Assembly: GCF_963921235.1 (NCBI RefSeq) | Contig: NC_086097.1 | Span: forward strand, 83,454,001 to 83,514,000 | Origin: Mobula hypostoma | Lineage: Eukaryota | Direction: 5' to 3' | DNA length: 60,000 nt | Part shown: positions 26,720 through 38,702 of the stretch, one piece after another | How positions within the stretch are numbered: the stretch's first letter is position 1 | Layout of the letters: each line of letters opens with the position of its first letter | Position numbers and translations under genes: made by a program | Notes under the pieces: model-generated | What the model was told of the DNA's origin: nothing | What the model saw: only the letters and a program-made list of their open reading frames with translations | Databases searched by the model: none

Positions 26720-27612
26720 GTGAGATCATATAGTATGCTTAGAATAAATGATGTTGAAATTGATAAGGTATCTGAAACAAAATTTTTAGGAGTGGTAATA
26801 GATAATAAATTAAACTGGAAACCACATATAAATTATGTCAAAGCAAAAATATCAAAATGTATTGCAATACTGTACAAAGCACAAGATTTCTTAAATCAGG
26901 AATCTTTGTATACACTATACTGTTCACATATAGTCCCATACATGACTTACTGTGTAGAGGTATGGGAAAATACACACAAAACAATTACAAACTCAATTTT
27001 TCTACTCCAAAAGAAAGGCATATGAATTGTAAATAAGACAAGTTATTATGAGCCAACCAATCCACTATTTATTCAACTAAATACATTAAAATTCAGTGAT
27101 TTCGTAGATTTTAAAATAATACAAATTATGCATAAAGTTTAAAATGGACAGCTACAACAAAGTATCCAAAGGTTGTTTAAAATGAGAGAAAGTCAACATG
27201 ATTTGAGAGGAACATGTACATTTCAAAACCAAAGGATCAGAAAAATGTAAAAAATCATTGTATTTCAGTCAGAGGGATGAATCTATGGAACAGTTGTAGT
27301 GAGAATTTAAAAGCATGCACCACACTTAAGTTTAAAAAATTAATTAAAAATAATTTAATGAACAAATATAAAATACATGATTTAAAAGGAATGGGAATAA
27401 TGTAAATAAATGATACTTGGAATTGGATTTTGTGTTAAAAGATCATGAAATTTTTTTTGATGTGATGATTGACGCCAAATATGTTGTTGTATAAGTAAGA
27501 GGGGTAGGCGTAATAAGCTGTAGCTTCAGCCTACACCCTTTCGGTCTGTTTTAAAGAATATCTATGTTTTTTGTAGTAATTTTGCATTTATTAATAATTT
27601 AATAATAATAAT
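26720..27612 (+). mobile_element. AT-rich Crack/Daphne-like LINE 3' fragment
   Basis: TKFLGVVIDNKLNWKPHI...LYTLYCSHIVPYMTYCVEVW; 3' stem-loop gggtaggc...gcctacaccc and (aat)n end. Confidence 0.75.
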
Positions 27613-28461
27613 AGTTCAATCTCACCATCCACGCCTGCCTTCACAGAGTGGTGGCACCCAAGACTGACAATGTGGTCCTTCTTTTACAGGGTTTCCCTGT
27701 GAACCTTTATTGACAGGGAGAAGTGCTGCAGAATGCAAACAGTTGGTATGGGATCTTTGTTCAACAGATATTGATTTAAGCTACATCTCCTTTTTGCTTC
27801 AGTGAACCAGCTGACAATGATTTGATGCTCATTCTCCTATGAAAAAGAGCTTTGATCAGCAACCAATTGGACCATCAGATGTTTGGAGGGGAAGGGAATT
27901 CAATGAGGTCCACTGACCAAGGATAAAAGGCAACAGCGGGTCAGAGGAGCAAAAAAGAGCTTTGACCAGCAACCAATTGACATTTGGGATTGATTAGTAA
28001 GAGCAAATTAAAGGAAGGCAAAGGCATGTGGTACCTGTTGTCTGAGTGGTGATCTTGTAAACTTAAATTCGCCGGACCAATAACCACACCACGCCATTCT
28101 TTACTTTTTTCTTTTTACCAGTTTATTTGTTCGAGCTCAGCCGGCGAGAGGCTCCAGAGCCAAAACACCTAGAGGGACAGAATTCCTTCTCTCCCTGGGG
28201 GCTCGTATCGGGCCTCTGTCTAACATTCAGAAACACAATTTACACAGCTAGCGATACAAAGAGCAATTAGTTCAACAGATATTCCAGCCAAGTCAGTTAG
28301 AGCAAAACTTAATTACTTAGATAAGAGAGTCCACTAAATCACGGTTTTAATTACAGACAGATTCTTGCCTTATCAATGAGTTTTCCCTAAACAAAGGAGA
28401 GAACTTAGATCAGTGATGTATGTAACCTGTATGAATTCAGCCCCCATGTCGTTCTCAAGAG

Positions 28462-29211
28462 CAGGGGTCCCCATACTTTTTGGCACCGCGGACCAGTTTA
28501 ATATTGACAATATTCTTGCGGACCGGCCAACCTGTGGGGGTGGGGTGTTCAAGTAGGGTTAAACTCACCTCAACATGACTTTCACAGTTAGGGTTGCCAA
28601 CTTTCTCACTCCCAAATAAGGAACAAAATTAGCAATCAAATCCTGGGACACTTGTATTTACCCCAAAGAAGACTACCATTACCATGAAGCCTTGCACGGG
28701 CACCTGTGTGCGCATGCGTAACGTGCGCATATGTGACGCGCGCATGCGCGTACATGCCAGTTTTTTCCCACAAACCAGTTTTGGCCTAATCTTCCCGACT
28801 ATATTGTACATACATTATTTCTACTTTATATAAGCTGTATATTTATCATAACATTCCTGCTTTTACTATATGTTAGTGTTATTTTCGGTTTTATGTGTTA
28901 TTTGGTAGGTTATTTTTGGGTCTGGGAACGCTCAAAAATTTTTCCCATATAAATTAATGGTAATTGCTTCTTTGCTTCACGCCATTTCGGCACGAAAGGT
29001 TTCATAGGTACACTCTACCTTAGTGGGGGAAATACGGGACAAGGGCGGTCCTGTATGGGACAAACCAATTTAGCCCAATATACGATATGTCCTGGCAAAT
29101 ACGGGACAGTTGGCAACCATATGTTCAAGTCCAGCAGTGAATGACAGGGAATGAGGAAAGGTGCAGCTGACTCATATTGCTTCGTCGCGGTCTGGTGGCT
29201 GGGGACCGCTG
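28462..29211. mobile_element. Non-autonomous hAT-Charlie-like MITE carrying a nested element
   Basis: TIRs caggggtcccca / tggggaccgctg; perfect 8-bp TSD ctcaagag. Confidence 0.9.
28554..29121. mobile_element. Non-autonomous hAT element nested in the Charlie-like MITE
   Basis: 8-bp TSD tgttcaag (28546-28553, 29122-29129); ends tagggtt.../gttggcaaccata; repeated subterminal gggaca motifs. Confidence 0.85.
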
Positions 29212-29784
29212 CTCAAGAGAACATCTGAGAGTTAATCAAAACAAGTTGCAGACAGATTCCACAGCGAAGGACAAACAGTAATTGGACCCTGTTCAGAACA
29301 GAGCACACATAAGTTGGCACTTAATTTAACCCGTTATGTACAAGAGTTCAAGAATCATTTCTTACATCCCCAAATACCCTTAAAACTTCATCAATCTTCT
29401 GGCTTTAGCTCTTCAAGGTTTCAGCAAAGAGAGGCTTCAGTCAACAAAAGTAAAGGGAAGAAAGCTCAAGCTTTTTTCCCATCTCTTCTTTATATTTGCT
29501 CAGCTAGGAACAGTAGAGATGCCAGGCAGGATAGTGAAATGCTCCTCCTGTGGGACGTGGGAAGGCAAGGTGACCTCCAGTGTCCCTGACGACTACAACA
29601 GCGAGAAGTGCATCAAATCAAATAAATAAAGGCACACACCTGGAGAAGTTAACTTGTATATTCACTTTGCAGAGAGAACAATAGATCAATGCACATGGAT
29701 AAGTTATCAGTCAATAATTAATGCTAAGGGGGGAGTCATTGCACTAACAGAAATAGATCTGTACACTACACTGGAAACCCAGAG

Positions 29785-30505
29785 TAACATACACAAAATG
29801 ATGGAGGAATTATGGAAAGGAATAAATAGTTGATGTTTCAGGCAGAAAACGTTCAGCAGGATGGGTAGAAATGTCCTTGCAATGACATTTACTATTCTGA
29901 TGAAAGATTTTTAAAATCTGAAACGCAGGTTCTGTTTCCACCTTCCGCAGTTGCTACCTGACTTGCCGCGTGTTTCAATCACAAACAAGAGAAAAGCTGC
30001 AGATGCTGGAAACCCAAGCAACACACACAAAATGGAGGAGGAACTGAGCAGGCCCGCAGCATTTAAGAGTACTGTCGACATTTTGGGCTGAATTCCTCCC
30101 TCATTTTGTGTGTGTTGCTGAGTGTTGCAGGTGTTTTTTTTTTAATTTCAAACGCAAACAACAGGAATTCTGCAGATGCTGGAAATTCAAGCAACACACA
30201 TCAAAGTTGCTGGTGAACGCAGCAGGCCAGGCAGCATCTGTAGGAAGAGGCGCAGTCGACGTTTCAGGCCGAGACCCTTCGTCAGGACTAACTGAAGGAA
30301 GAGTGAGTAAGGGATTTGAAAGCTGGAGGGGGAGGGTGAGATCCAAAATGATAGGAGAAGACAGGAGGGGGAGGGATAGAGCCGAGAGCTGGACAGGTGA
30401 TAGGCAAAAGGGATACGAGAGGATCATGGGACAGGAGGTCCGGGAAGAAAGACAAGGTGGGGGGGGACCCAGAGGGTGGGCAAGAGGTATATTCAGAGGG
30501 ACAGT
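29785..30505. repeat. Cluster of Penelope-like terminal repeat copies upstream of ACOT
   Basis: At least four copies, in both orientations, of the ctgcagatgctgga...gcaggccaggcagcatct...gtcgacgtttc unit. Confidence 0.75.
30253..30290 (-). ncRNA. Minimal type I hammerhead ribozyme motif (Penelope-like element associated)
   Basis: Minus strand reads UAGUC-CUGACGA-A-GGGU-CUCG-GCCU-GAAA-CGUC-GACUG: conserved core, stem I UAGUC/GACUG, stem II, palindromic ACGU helix III, GUC cleavage triplet. Confidence 0.7.
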
Positions 30506-30544
30506 TTTTTTTTATTTTTAATTTCATGGTTTTCCATGCAGTGG

Positions 30545-31206
30545 ACTTGGGCCCCCGGTTTCCCAGTGACAGATTTTCCCACCTTTGGCCGCAGTACTAC
30601 AGTATTCGCAATCCCGTTGTCAGGTCCGTCATGCGCAGTACGCTGGCCTTTACTTGACTACCGGCAGGATGTTTATTGCAGCAGTGAGTTTAGCTGTGCG
30701 GTTCCTGCGGATCCCTGGCTGCAGCCCGTGTCGCTGGGCCGGCATGTCTGCGAGTGCGTGGCTGGAACCGGGCGCCAAATGCCTCTTCGATGAGCCGGTG
30801 CGGCTACGGGTGAGTGGTCTGTCGGCCCTGCAACAGGTCACCCTGAAGGCCTCCCTCACTGATGAGAAGGACGTAACTTTCAGTTCGGTGGCTTTCTACC
30901 AGGCGGATAAGCGGGGCGAGCTGGAACTGTGCCGCTCGCCGTCCCTGGGCGGCTCCTACACGGGCACCGAGCCCATGGGCCTCTTCTGGTCGCTCACGCC
31001 AGCCACTCCGTTAAAGCGTCTGGTGAAGAAAGATGTGGCCACTTCGCCGCTGCGGGTCCGCATCGAAGTGTTTGATGGGCACAGCGGCGATCCCCAGGGG
31101 CTCCCACTGGCCGCCTGTGTCAATGAGCGCTGGTTCATGAGTGAAGGGGTGACCAGGATCCCAGTGAGAAAGGGCAGGATCCGCGGGGTACTCTTTGTCC
31201 CACCTG
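30545..31206 (+). promoter_or_regulatory. CpG island / probable promoter of the ACOT gene
   Basis: GC- and CpG-rich relative to the CpG-depleted flanks; spans the first coding exon. Confidence 0.65.
30669..31206 (+). CDS. acot1-like: Type I acyl-CoA thioesterase (ACOT1/2-like, ACOT/BAAT family) exon 1; in-frame ATGs at 30669 and 30744
   Basis: LEPGAKCLFDEPVRLRVSGL...ASLTDEK...SLGGSYTGTEPMGLFWSL...RIPVRKGRIRGVLFVPP; phase-1 donor G|GTAAG at 31206/31207. Confidence 0.93.
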
Positions 31207-31399
31207 GTAAGAATGGCACTTGTATGTATGTAATTGAGCCAATTTATTGTGTGTGTTTACCTTGCACTAAACGTAGAACATTTTTGGCTTTATAAAAGTT
31301 TTTTTCCTAAAGTAATATTGCACAGTTTGAAACAATAACAATGTATTAGATAGGTTGCCGTAGCCAGTAGTTCAGTCTGCAGAAAGCTTTGGAAGGTAC

Positions 31400-31540
31400 A
31401 GGCAAACACGAGGGAATCTGCAGATGCTGGAATTTCAAGCAACACACATAAAAGTTGCTGGTGAACGCAGCAGGCCAGGCAGCATCTATATATAGGAAGA
31501 GGTACAGTCGATGTTTCGGGCTGAGACCCTTGGTCAGGAA
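31400..31540 (-). repeat. Penelope-like terminal repeat with a mutated hammerhead core
   Basis: Near copy of 30160-30290; minus strand CUGACCA-A-GGGUCUCAGCCC-GAAACAUC-GACUG. Confidence 0.75.
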
Positions 31541-32102
31541 GATACAGGCTTTGGGTTACTCAGGTTGGAATGGGTCGTTGTCATCATTATCATCATCAGG
31601 TGCCGTGCCCAGATTGAGCTTTGACTGCCATGTAGTTTATCAATGCCTTCTAAATATCGACTGTTTACTTTATCTAAAGCACTTATTACTTCTCCAAAGA
31701 ACTAAAATAAAGTGGTCAAATATGATTTCTCTTTCTCAAAACCATCTTGACTTTATCTAATTATTTTCGAAGTGCCCCATGCTACTCTAATGCCTGTAAT
31801 AGCTTTTGTTTGATACATGTTAAAGAAAAATAGTCCATGTTTTTCTACTTGCTGACTTTTTGAATAAAGGAGTTTTTTTGCAATATTCAAAACTATTGGA
31901 GATTTCCCCAAATGTGTGAAATTTTGGAAGATCATAATTTTCTTTGAGATTCAATGATAATGTTCATCAGGACTTAGGAAGTTGACAACCTGTAGCTCTG
32001 TATGCTCAAAATACTCAGTATTGACTCTCTGATGATTACAATTTCCTGAGTTCTTCCTCTTAATTCCCAATTTATCATTATTTCTGGAATGTGGTATCAA
32101 CT

Positions 32103-32368
32103 AAACATAGAAAATAGGTGCAGGAGTAGGCCATTTGGCCCTTCGAGCCTGCGGCATCATTCAGTACAATCATGGCTGTACCAGTCTTTCCTCCATACCC
32201 CCTGATCCCTTTAGCCACAAGGGCCATATCTAACTCCCTCTTAAATATAGCCAATGAATTGGCCTCAACTGTTTCCTGTGGCAGAGAATTCCACAGATTC
32301 ACCATTCTCTGTGTGAAGAAGTTTTTCCTAATCTCGGTCCTAAAAGGCTTCCCCTTTATCCTCAAACT
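32103..32368 (-). mobile_element. CR1 3'-terminal fragment
   Basis: Closely matches the reverse complement of about 3608-3890, with an internal deletion. Confidence 0.92.
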
Positions 32369-32864
32369 AAAATTACCTATTTAATTCATCCGTCATTTTA
32401 CTATATTGTATTATTAAATCCCCGGACACACTTTCTATGGCCTAAAATTCACTTTGTTAATACTTTTCTTTTAAAAAATGTGGAAAAAAACTTTTATCTG
32501 CTTTTTACATTTTTAGCAAACTTTATGTCACACTCTAGTTCTTTTTGTTAATCTTTGACAGACTCTTTTTGCTGTTCAAGTTAAGTTTATTGTCATGTGC
32601 ACAAGTATGCTGAGGTACAGGTACAATGAAAAACTTGTTTACAGCAGCATTACATAGGTTTACACAACAAACAGATAAATTATACATAAGTTAAACATAT
32701 TATATAGCACAGTAAAAAGAAAATAAAGATCGTGCAAACCAAGACTTTATTGCAAAAATAAATCACAATCAGTGACAAGTCAAGTGAAGTACAAGAGGTG
32801 GCCCAGAGTGTTCCATTGCTGAGGTACGATTTGGGTTACACTGGTTGATTCAAGAACCTGATGC

Positions 32865-33625
32865 TTATCGTCATCGTCATCAGGTGCCATGCCCGGATTG
32901 AGCTTTGACTGCCATGGCCCACTGACTCCTGTTTCGGGTCAAGTGGATCAATTCATTGGTATTCATTTCCAGTTCTCTGGCTGCTGTCATTTGTCTTTGC
33001 CTTCCTTTTGCTTTCTTCCCTTCAATCTTTCCCAGAATTACTGTGCATTCTAACTCCTCTCCTAATCACATGTCCAATAAAGTTACATTGCCTCTTCATG
33101 ATCTCATACATTATTTCTCTTTTTGTGCTTGCTCTGTTCATGACATCCTCTTTAGATATTCGTTTCATCCATGATATTCTTTGCATCCTCCTCAAAAACC
33201 ACATCTCTGCTGCTTCAATTCATTTCCTCATGTTACTAGATATTGTCCAACATTCTGATCCATATAACATAACTGGATAAACGTAACATTTCAGTACTCT
33301 GAGGCGGGTTGTCATGCCTAGTTTAGTGTTGGTCAGTATTCATTCTCGTAAAGGTGTCTTTAGCCATCCCTATTCTTCTTTTGATGTCCATGTCGCACCT
33401 GCCATCTGATGTCACCCAACTTCCTAAGTAGCAAAAGTTCTGTTCTTGTTTTATGTCTTCCCTGTTTATTTTTAGGCTGCAGATAGGATTCTCCTTCTTT
33501 TTGGATATCACCATACATCCTGTCTTTTTGCGATTGATAGATAGACCCATTTTTGTACTTCCTTCAACAACTATATCAATTAAGTTTTGTAGTTCTTCCT
33601 CCATACTTGCAATTAACACAGTGTG
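32865..33625 (-). mobile_element. RTE-clade LINE 3' fragment
   Basis: GLSINRKKT..MVISK, FCYLGS, DIKRRIGMAK, MWFLRRMQRISW; (gat/gac)n tail; a short copy of the same 3' end lies at about 31575-31632. Confidence 0.85.
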
Positions 33626-34244
33626 GGAACGGGTATGATCTCAATAGCCACCCAAAAGGTACTAAATGTTAAAATCTCCTTTGACATGATCAGGCATTGA
33701 ACGCTTGTGTAAGTACATTGAAAACCTGCCACATTCTGATCTGGAGTTTAATTGTAGGGATAGACTGTTGTTCCTGACTAAATACCTCCTGCAATTTTGA
33801 AGATTTTCATCGGACTGCCTTTGGCAGTAATATTTCTCGAATGATCTTCATTAAAAAAGACACAAGCACTTAGTCAATGCATTGCTTTTCACGTAAGCTT
33901 GTTTCAACTGCTATCAAAGTAGTGTATTACATTAACAATTTTCCGTCATGTTGATTATTTGTGTAGAGATACAGTAGGGTAATAGGCCCTCCTGGCCCAG
34001 AGAACCCACATGCCCAGGAACACCCATGGAAATCCACATGATCACGAGAGAAAGTACAAACAGCAGCTGAATTGAACTCAGGTCAATGGCACTATAATAG
34101 CGTAATGCTAACCGCTATGCCACCATGCTGCCCAAAATGTACTTTCATGTTTCAAAGTACATCCTTATACAATGTAAATATAACTTTTTAAGAGCTTTTA
34201 GTTTCAAGTGGACCATTGAAACCAAGCAATCTATAGATTTCAGT

Positions 34245-35885
34245 ACAACGCACAGAAGATATGGGAGGAACACAGGCAGCATCTGTGGGAATGAATAAGC
34301 AGTTGACGTTTTGGGGTGAGACACTTTCAGGACTGAAAAGGAAGGGGGAAGATGCCAGAATAAAAAGGTGGGGGGAGGGGAAGGAGGTGGGCTAGAAGGT
34401 GGTAGGTAAGCCACATGGGTAGGAAAGGTAAAGGGCTGAAGAGCAAAGAAATTGATCGGAGAGGAGAGTGGGCCATAGGAGAAAGGGAATGAGGAGGGAA
34501 GCTGGGGGGGGGGAGTGATGGGTAGGTGAAAGGAGGGGGTGAATAGAAGAGGGGACGACGAGGGAAATTTCTACCAAAAGGTGAAATCAGTGTTCATGCC
34601 ATCAGGTTACCCAGACAGAATATAAAGTGTTACTTCCTCACCCTGAGAATGGCTTCATCGTGGCAAGAGAGGAGGCTGTGCACCATTGTGTCAGAATGGG
34701 AATCGGAATTAATATGTTTGGCCAACGGGAAGTTCCGCTTTAGGCAGATGGAGCAGAGGCACTTGACGAACAGTCCCCCAATTTATGACAGACCTTGCCA
34801 GTATAGAGGAGGTCTCAGTGGGAGCACCAGAAACAATAGACAATCCTAGCAGATTTGCAGGTGAAGTGTTACATCATCTAGAGAGACTGTTTGGGGCCTT
34901 GAATGGAGGTGAGGGAAGGGAGGAGGTGAATGGGTAGGTGTAGCACTTGGGTCACTTGCAGGGCTAAGTGCCAGGAGGATGATTAGTTGGGAGGGATAAA
35001 TGGACTAGGGGATTACGGAGGGAGCGATCCTTGCAGAAAGCCGGGGGGGGGGGAGAGGAGGAGGGAAGGTAAAGGTATGTTTAGTGGTGGGATCCCTTTG
35101 GCGATGACAGAAGTTTCAAAGGATGATGTGCTGGATGCAGAGGCTCATGGGTGATAGGTAAGGACAGGATCACTGTTGAGGCAGCGGGAAGGATGGGTGA
35201 GCGGGGATGTTTGGGAAATGGAGGAGATGCAGATATGGGCAGTATCAATAATAGAGGAAGGAAAACCCCGTCCTTTGAAGAAAGAGGACATCTGTCCTAG
35301 AAAGAAAAGCCGTATCCTGGGAACAGGTGCAGTGGAGGCGTAGGAACTGAGAAAGGGAGATGGTGTTTTTTCAGAAGATGAAGTAGTAAAAGTACCCATG
35401 GGAATCGGTAGATTTATAAAAGATGTCAGTTGACAGTTTGTCTCCAGCAATGGAAACACAGAGACTGAGAAAGGGGAGGGAGGAAATGGACCAAGTGAAT
35501 TTAAGGGCAGGGTGGATGTTAGAGGCAAAATTGATGAAATTGACAAGCTCAGCATAGGTGCATGGAGAAGCACTAATGCGGTTGACAATGTAGGGGAGGA
35601 AGAGTTGGGGAGTATGACCAGAGAAGTCTTCAAACGTGGACTGTTCTATGCAGGCATAGCTACGCAGGTGCTCATGACTACACCTCGAGTCTAGAAAATG
35701 TGGGAGGAGCTGAAGAAAAAATTGTTGAGGCCGAGAACTAGTTCTGCTAGACAGAGGAGGGTGCTAGTAGAGGGGAATTATTTGGTTCTTTTGTTAAGAA
35801 AGCACAGAGCTTTGAACCTTTCTTGATGGGGTATAGAAGTGAACATCCAGGGTGAAAATGAGGCATTCAGAGCCAGGGAATTGAA
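34245..35885 (-). mobile_element. Degenerate Penelope-like element (RT C-terminal part, GIY-YIG end and terminal repeat)
   Basis: MSSFFKGRGFPSSIID..., PVLTYHP, PDGMNTDF C-terminus at about 34580-34610, then a purine/pyrimidine-biased tract and the hammerhead-bearing repeat at 34300-34335. Confidence 0.7.
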
Positions 35886-36949
35886 AATTACTGAGGAGAT
35901 TAAGATTTCAGTGTCATTGTTAACCGTTTTGTAGCTACACCATAGCACATTAATCATACCTTTTGTATAATAGTACAATTTTACTCACAGCATTAATTAC
36001 CATCGGGCAGAGCCTAATCTCCAGTTGCCTTGTTCTTCTATGAAACTAATTCTGTGAAGCTATGTGGTAGCTGGTATGCAGTGGCTAACCATGCTAAAAG
36101 AATTCACATGCAGACAACTTCCACACCACAATATAGATTTCAGAGCTGGAATGCCAGTGCACTTCATGGGCAATCACAACCTGAATGCTGCTTGGCTATC
36201 ATAGCTCAGGAAATAAAATGTTTCAGCTGAAGGAGCACAATGAGGAGGAGGGCAAGGGGTATATCTTCTGGAGGGACAAATCAGAAAAGGAATACACAAT
36301 TTACGGAGTGAACTTCAGCCCAATTAAGTTCATCTGGCATCTCAGCTACTTCCTGTGAAATGGGTGAATACCAGATCATTCCAATATGGAATGAACACAT
36401 TCTGGCCATGGTGCATATGTTCCTTCTCCAAAAGCTTCAGATGAAGCTTAGGTGGGCATCAAATTCCTACTCCATATCCTAAAGAGAAACTGATTGACCC
36501 TACCTGACTTTAACATATAGCTTTGAGGTGAGAGCAGAAGTGTTTAAAGATTTATGAGACTATTTTTCATTTTGCAGAGGAAATTGTAGACAATGGGTGG
36601 GCGGCCAGGAGAGGTGGTGAAAGCAGATACAGTAACAACATTTAATAAGCATTCAGATAGACACATGAACACGGACTAGAGGGATATAGACCATGTACAG
36701 ACAGGCAGGATTAGCTTAATTTGACATTGTGGTCAGCACAGATCTCATGATCTGAAGGGCCTGTTCCTGTGTTGTACCGTTCTATGTTCTAGCAAGGTGT
36801 AATTAACAAGTCATAAGTACAAGATTTCAGTATAGATTTCAGGTCATGCACAATCTTGATGAGGATGTGTTGGTAGACAAGATCCATATAGATTGCCTCA
36901 GTCTTCAAGGAGATCAGTGAGGCTTGTCTAGGATAGGGGTGGAAAGAAG

Positions 36950-38702
36950 AACAGAGAATGGATACAAAAGGAAACATGGACAACCTTAGAAGAAAGATGG
37001 AAAATTAAGAAGCAAGTGTTAGATGCAAAGTCAATATGAATTATGGTGAAATTTCAACCAGCACGCACCGAAGCTAACAAGAAGGTGAACAGGCTTTTAA
37101 GAAAGGATGAGAGGGTCTAAATGAAAGACCTTGCAGAGGAGGCCAAAGCAGCAGCCAGTCAAGGAGATCAGGGATTTCAGAATGGGTATGCAGAAAGTTC
37201 CTGGCCAGATCCAGTTATCCCGTGAAAGATAAGAATGGTCTGCTTTTGACAACTGAGGAAGAGCAAAAAGCACGAGGGACAGAGTATTTCAGAGAATTAC
37301 TGAATAGGCCACTATCAGATGAGAGTCAGCAGAGGACCTCAACATCAGCATATAGATCCACCATGAAAGAAGAGATTGTTGCTGTGATTAAATCATTAAA
37401 CAACAGCAAAGCTCCACAACATGACAATTTGAACATCAGACTGTTCAAAGCTGAAACAGAAGTTGCAGCAGCAATCCTGCAGCCACTGTTTACTGTAATC
37501 TGGGAATGGGGACAAGTACCCGAGAACTGGACAAAGGGAGTTACTGTTAGGATCCTCAGGAAAGCAGTGCTAAATGATTGTAACAACTGCCATGGCGTCA
37601 CACTTTTATCAGTGCCCAGCAAGATTCTCACCAAAGTCATTGACCATGCTGGCTTCAGGAAGAACAGAGGCTATGTCAATCAGATTTTCACGTTGCGTAA
37701 CATCATAGAACAGTGCACAGATTGGCAAAAACAACTGTGTGAATTTTGTGGACTTCAACATCCACGTGGAGACCCTTTGGCAAATTTTCAGATCATATGG
37801 GATTCCTTCCAACTTATCCAGAGTTTCTATGCTAATTTCACCTGCACAGCTGGGGACTATAATCTGAGCTCTGAAGTCAAGTCAGGTATCAGGTATAGCT
37901 GTGGGATGTCAGCAATATTGTTTAACCTGGTTATGAGACAAACAACGAAAGATAGCAGAGAGGCATTAGGTGAACTCTATTGTCTACTTTAGAAGACCTT
38001 GACTTTGCAGATGATCTCATATTATTACCACATACACACTTGCATGTGCAAGAGAAAACTCAGTGCCTGTGCACCTTTGGACAGGTTGGACTCACTCTCC
38101 TAACTGAAACCACGACCCTCAATGTAGAGTCTCCTCCTCCCATTAAGGCATACGGCACTGACTTGCCCATCTCCAACAGATTCACCTAGTGGGACCAAGG
38201 ACAACATCCAGTGCAAATTCAGCAAAGTTAGAAATGTCTTCAGATCTATGAGCAATGTATGGGGATCAACCAAGTACAGTATCCATACCAAGGTGCTCTG
38301 TGCAGACTCTTGTATGTGTCAGATGACAAAGCAACCTTACCAAGCCACCGTCATTCCATACCATGAAACTCCAGAAGATCCTCCATATTTTCTGGCCAAG
38401 AAAGATCTCCAAGCATGCACTAGTCCTTCAGTGTCACCTAGAGGACATAGCTACAATCATCATGAGGAAACATTTGGGGATGGATTGGGCACATGATGTG
38501 AAGAGGGGTCACCTCCATCATCAAGATAGCACTTTATTGGGCCCATGAAGGGCGGAGGAAACATGGGAGACCAAAGTCATTTTGGTGTTGTAGAAATGAG
38601 GACCCCGAACCATACCTGGGGCGCAATAGGAAAAATGGCCAAGGACAGACAGAGATGGAGGAGCTTCATTGCTGCCCTAAATGCCAGCAGCAGTAAGTAA
38701 GC
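36950..38702 (+). mobile_element. RTE-clade LINE, degenerate
   Basis: GVTLLSVPSKIL, AGFRKNRG..QIFTLRNIIEQC, LEDLDFADDL; tail agtaagtaag. Confidence 0.85.

Larger units (their letters stand above)
28056..29393 (-). mobile_element. Probable ERV-like solo LTR (about 580 bp without its inserts)
   Basis: TG...CA termini flanked by a 4-bp direct repeat atct (28052-28055, 29394-29397); minus-strand AATAAA at 28122-28127, about 66 bp from the 3' end. Confidence 0.55.

Noticed and set aside
30585..31295. 236-aa single-exon ORF from the track
   Set aside because: It starts at a non-ATG codon and runs past the GTAAG donor at 31207; the real product is the spliced three-exon ACOT.
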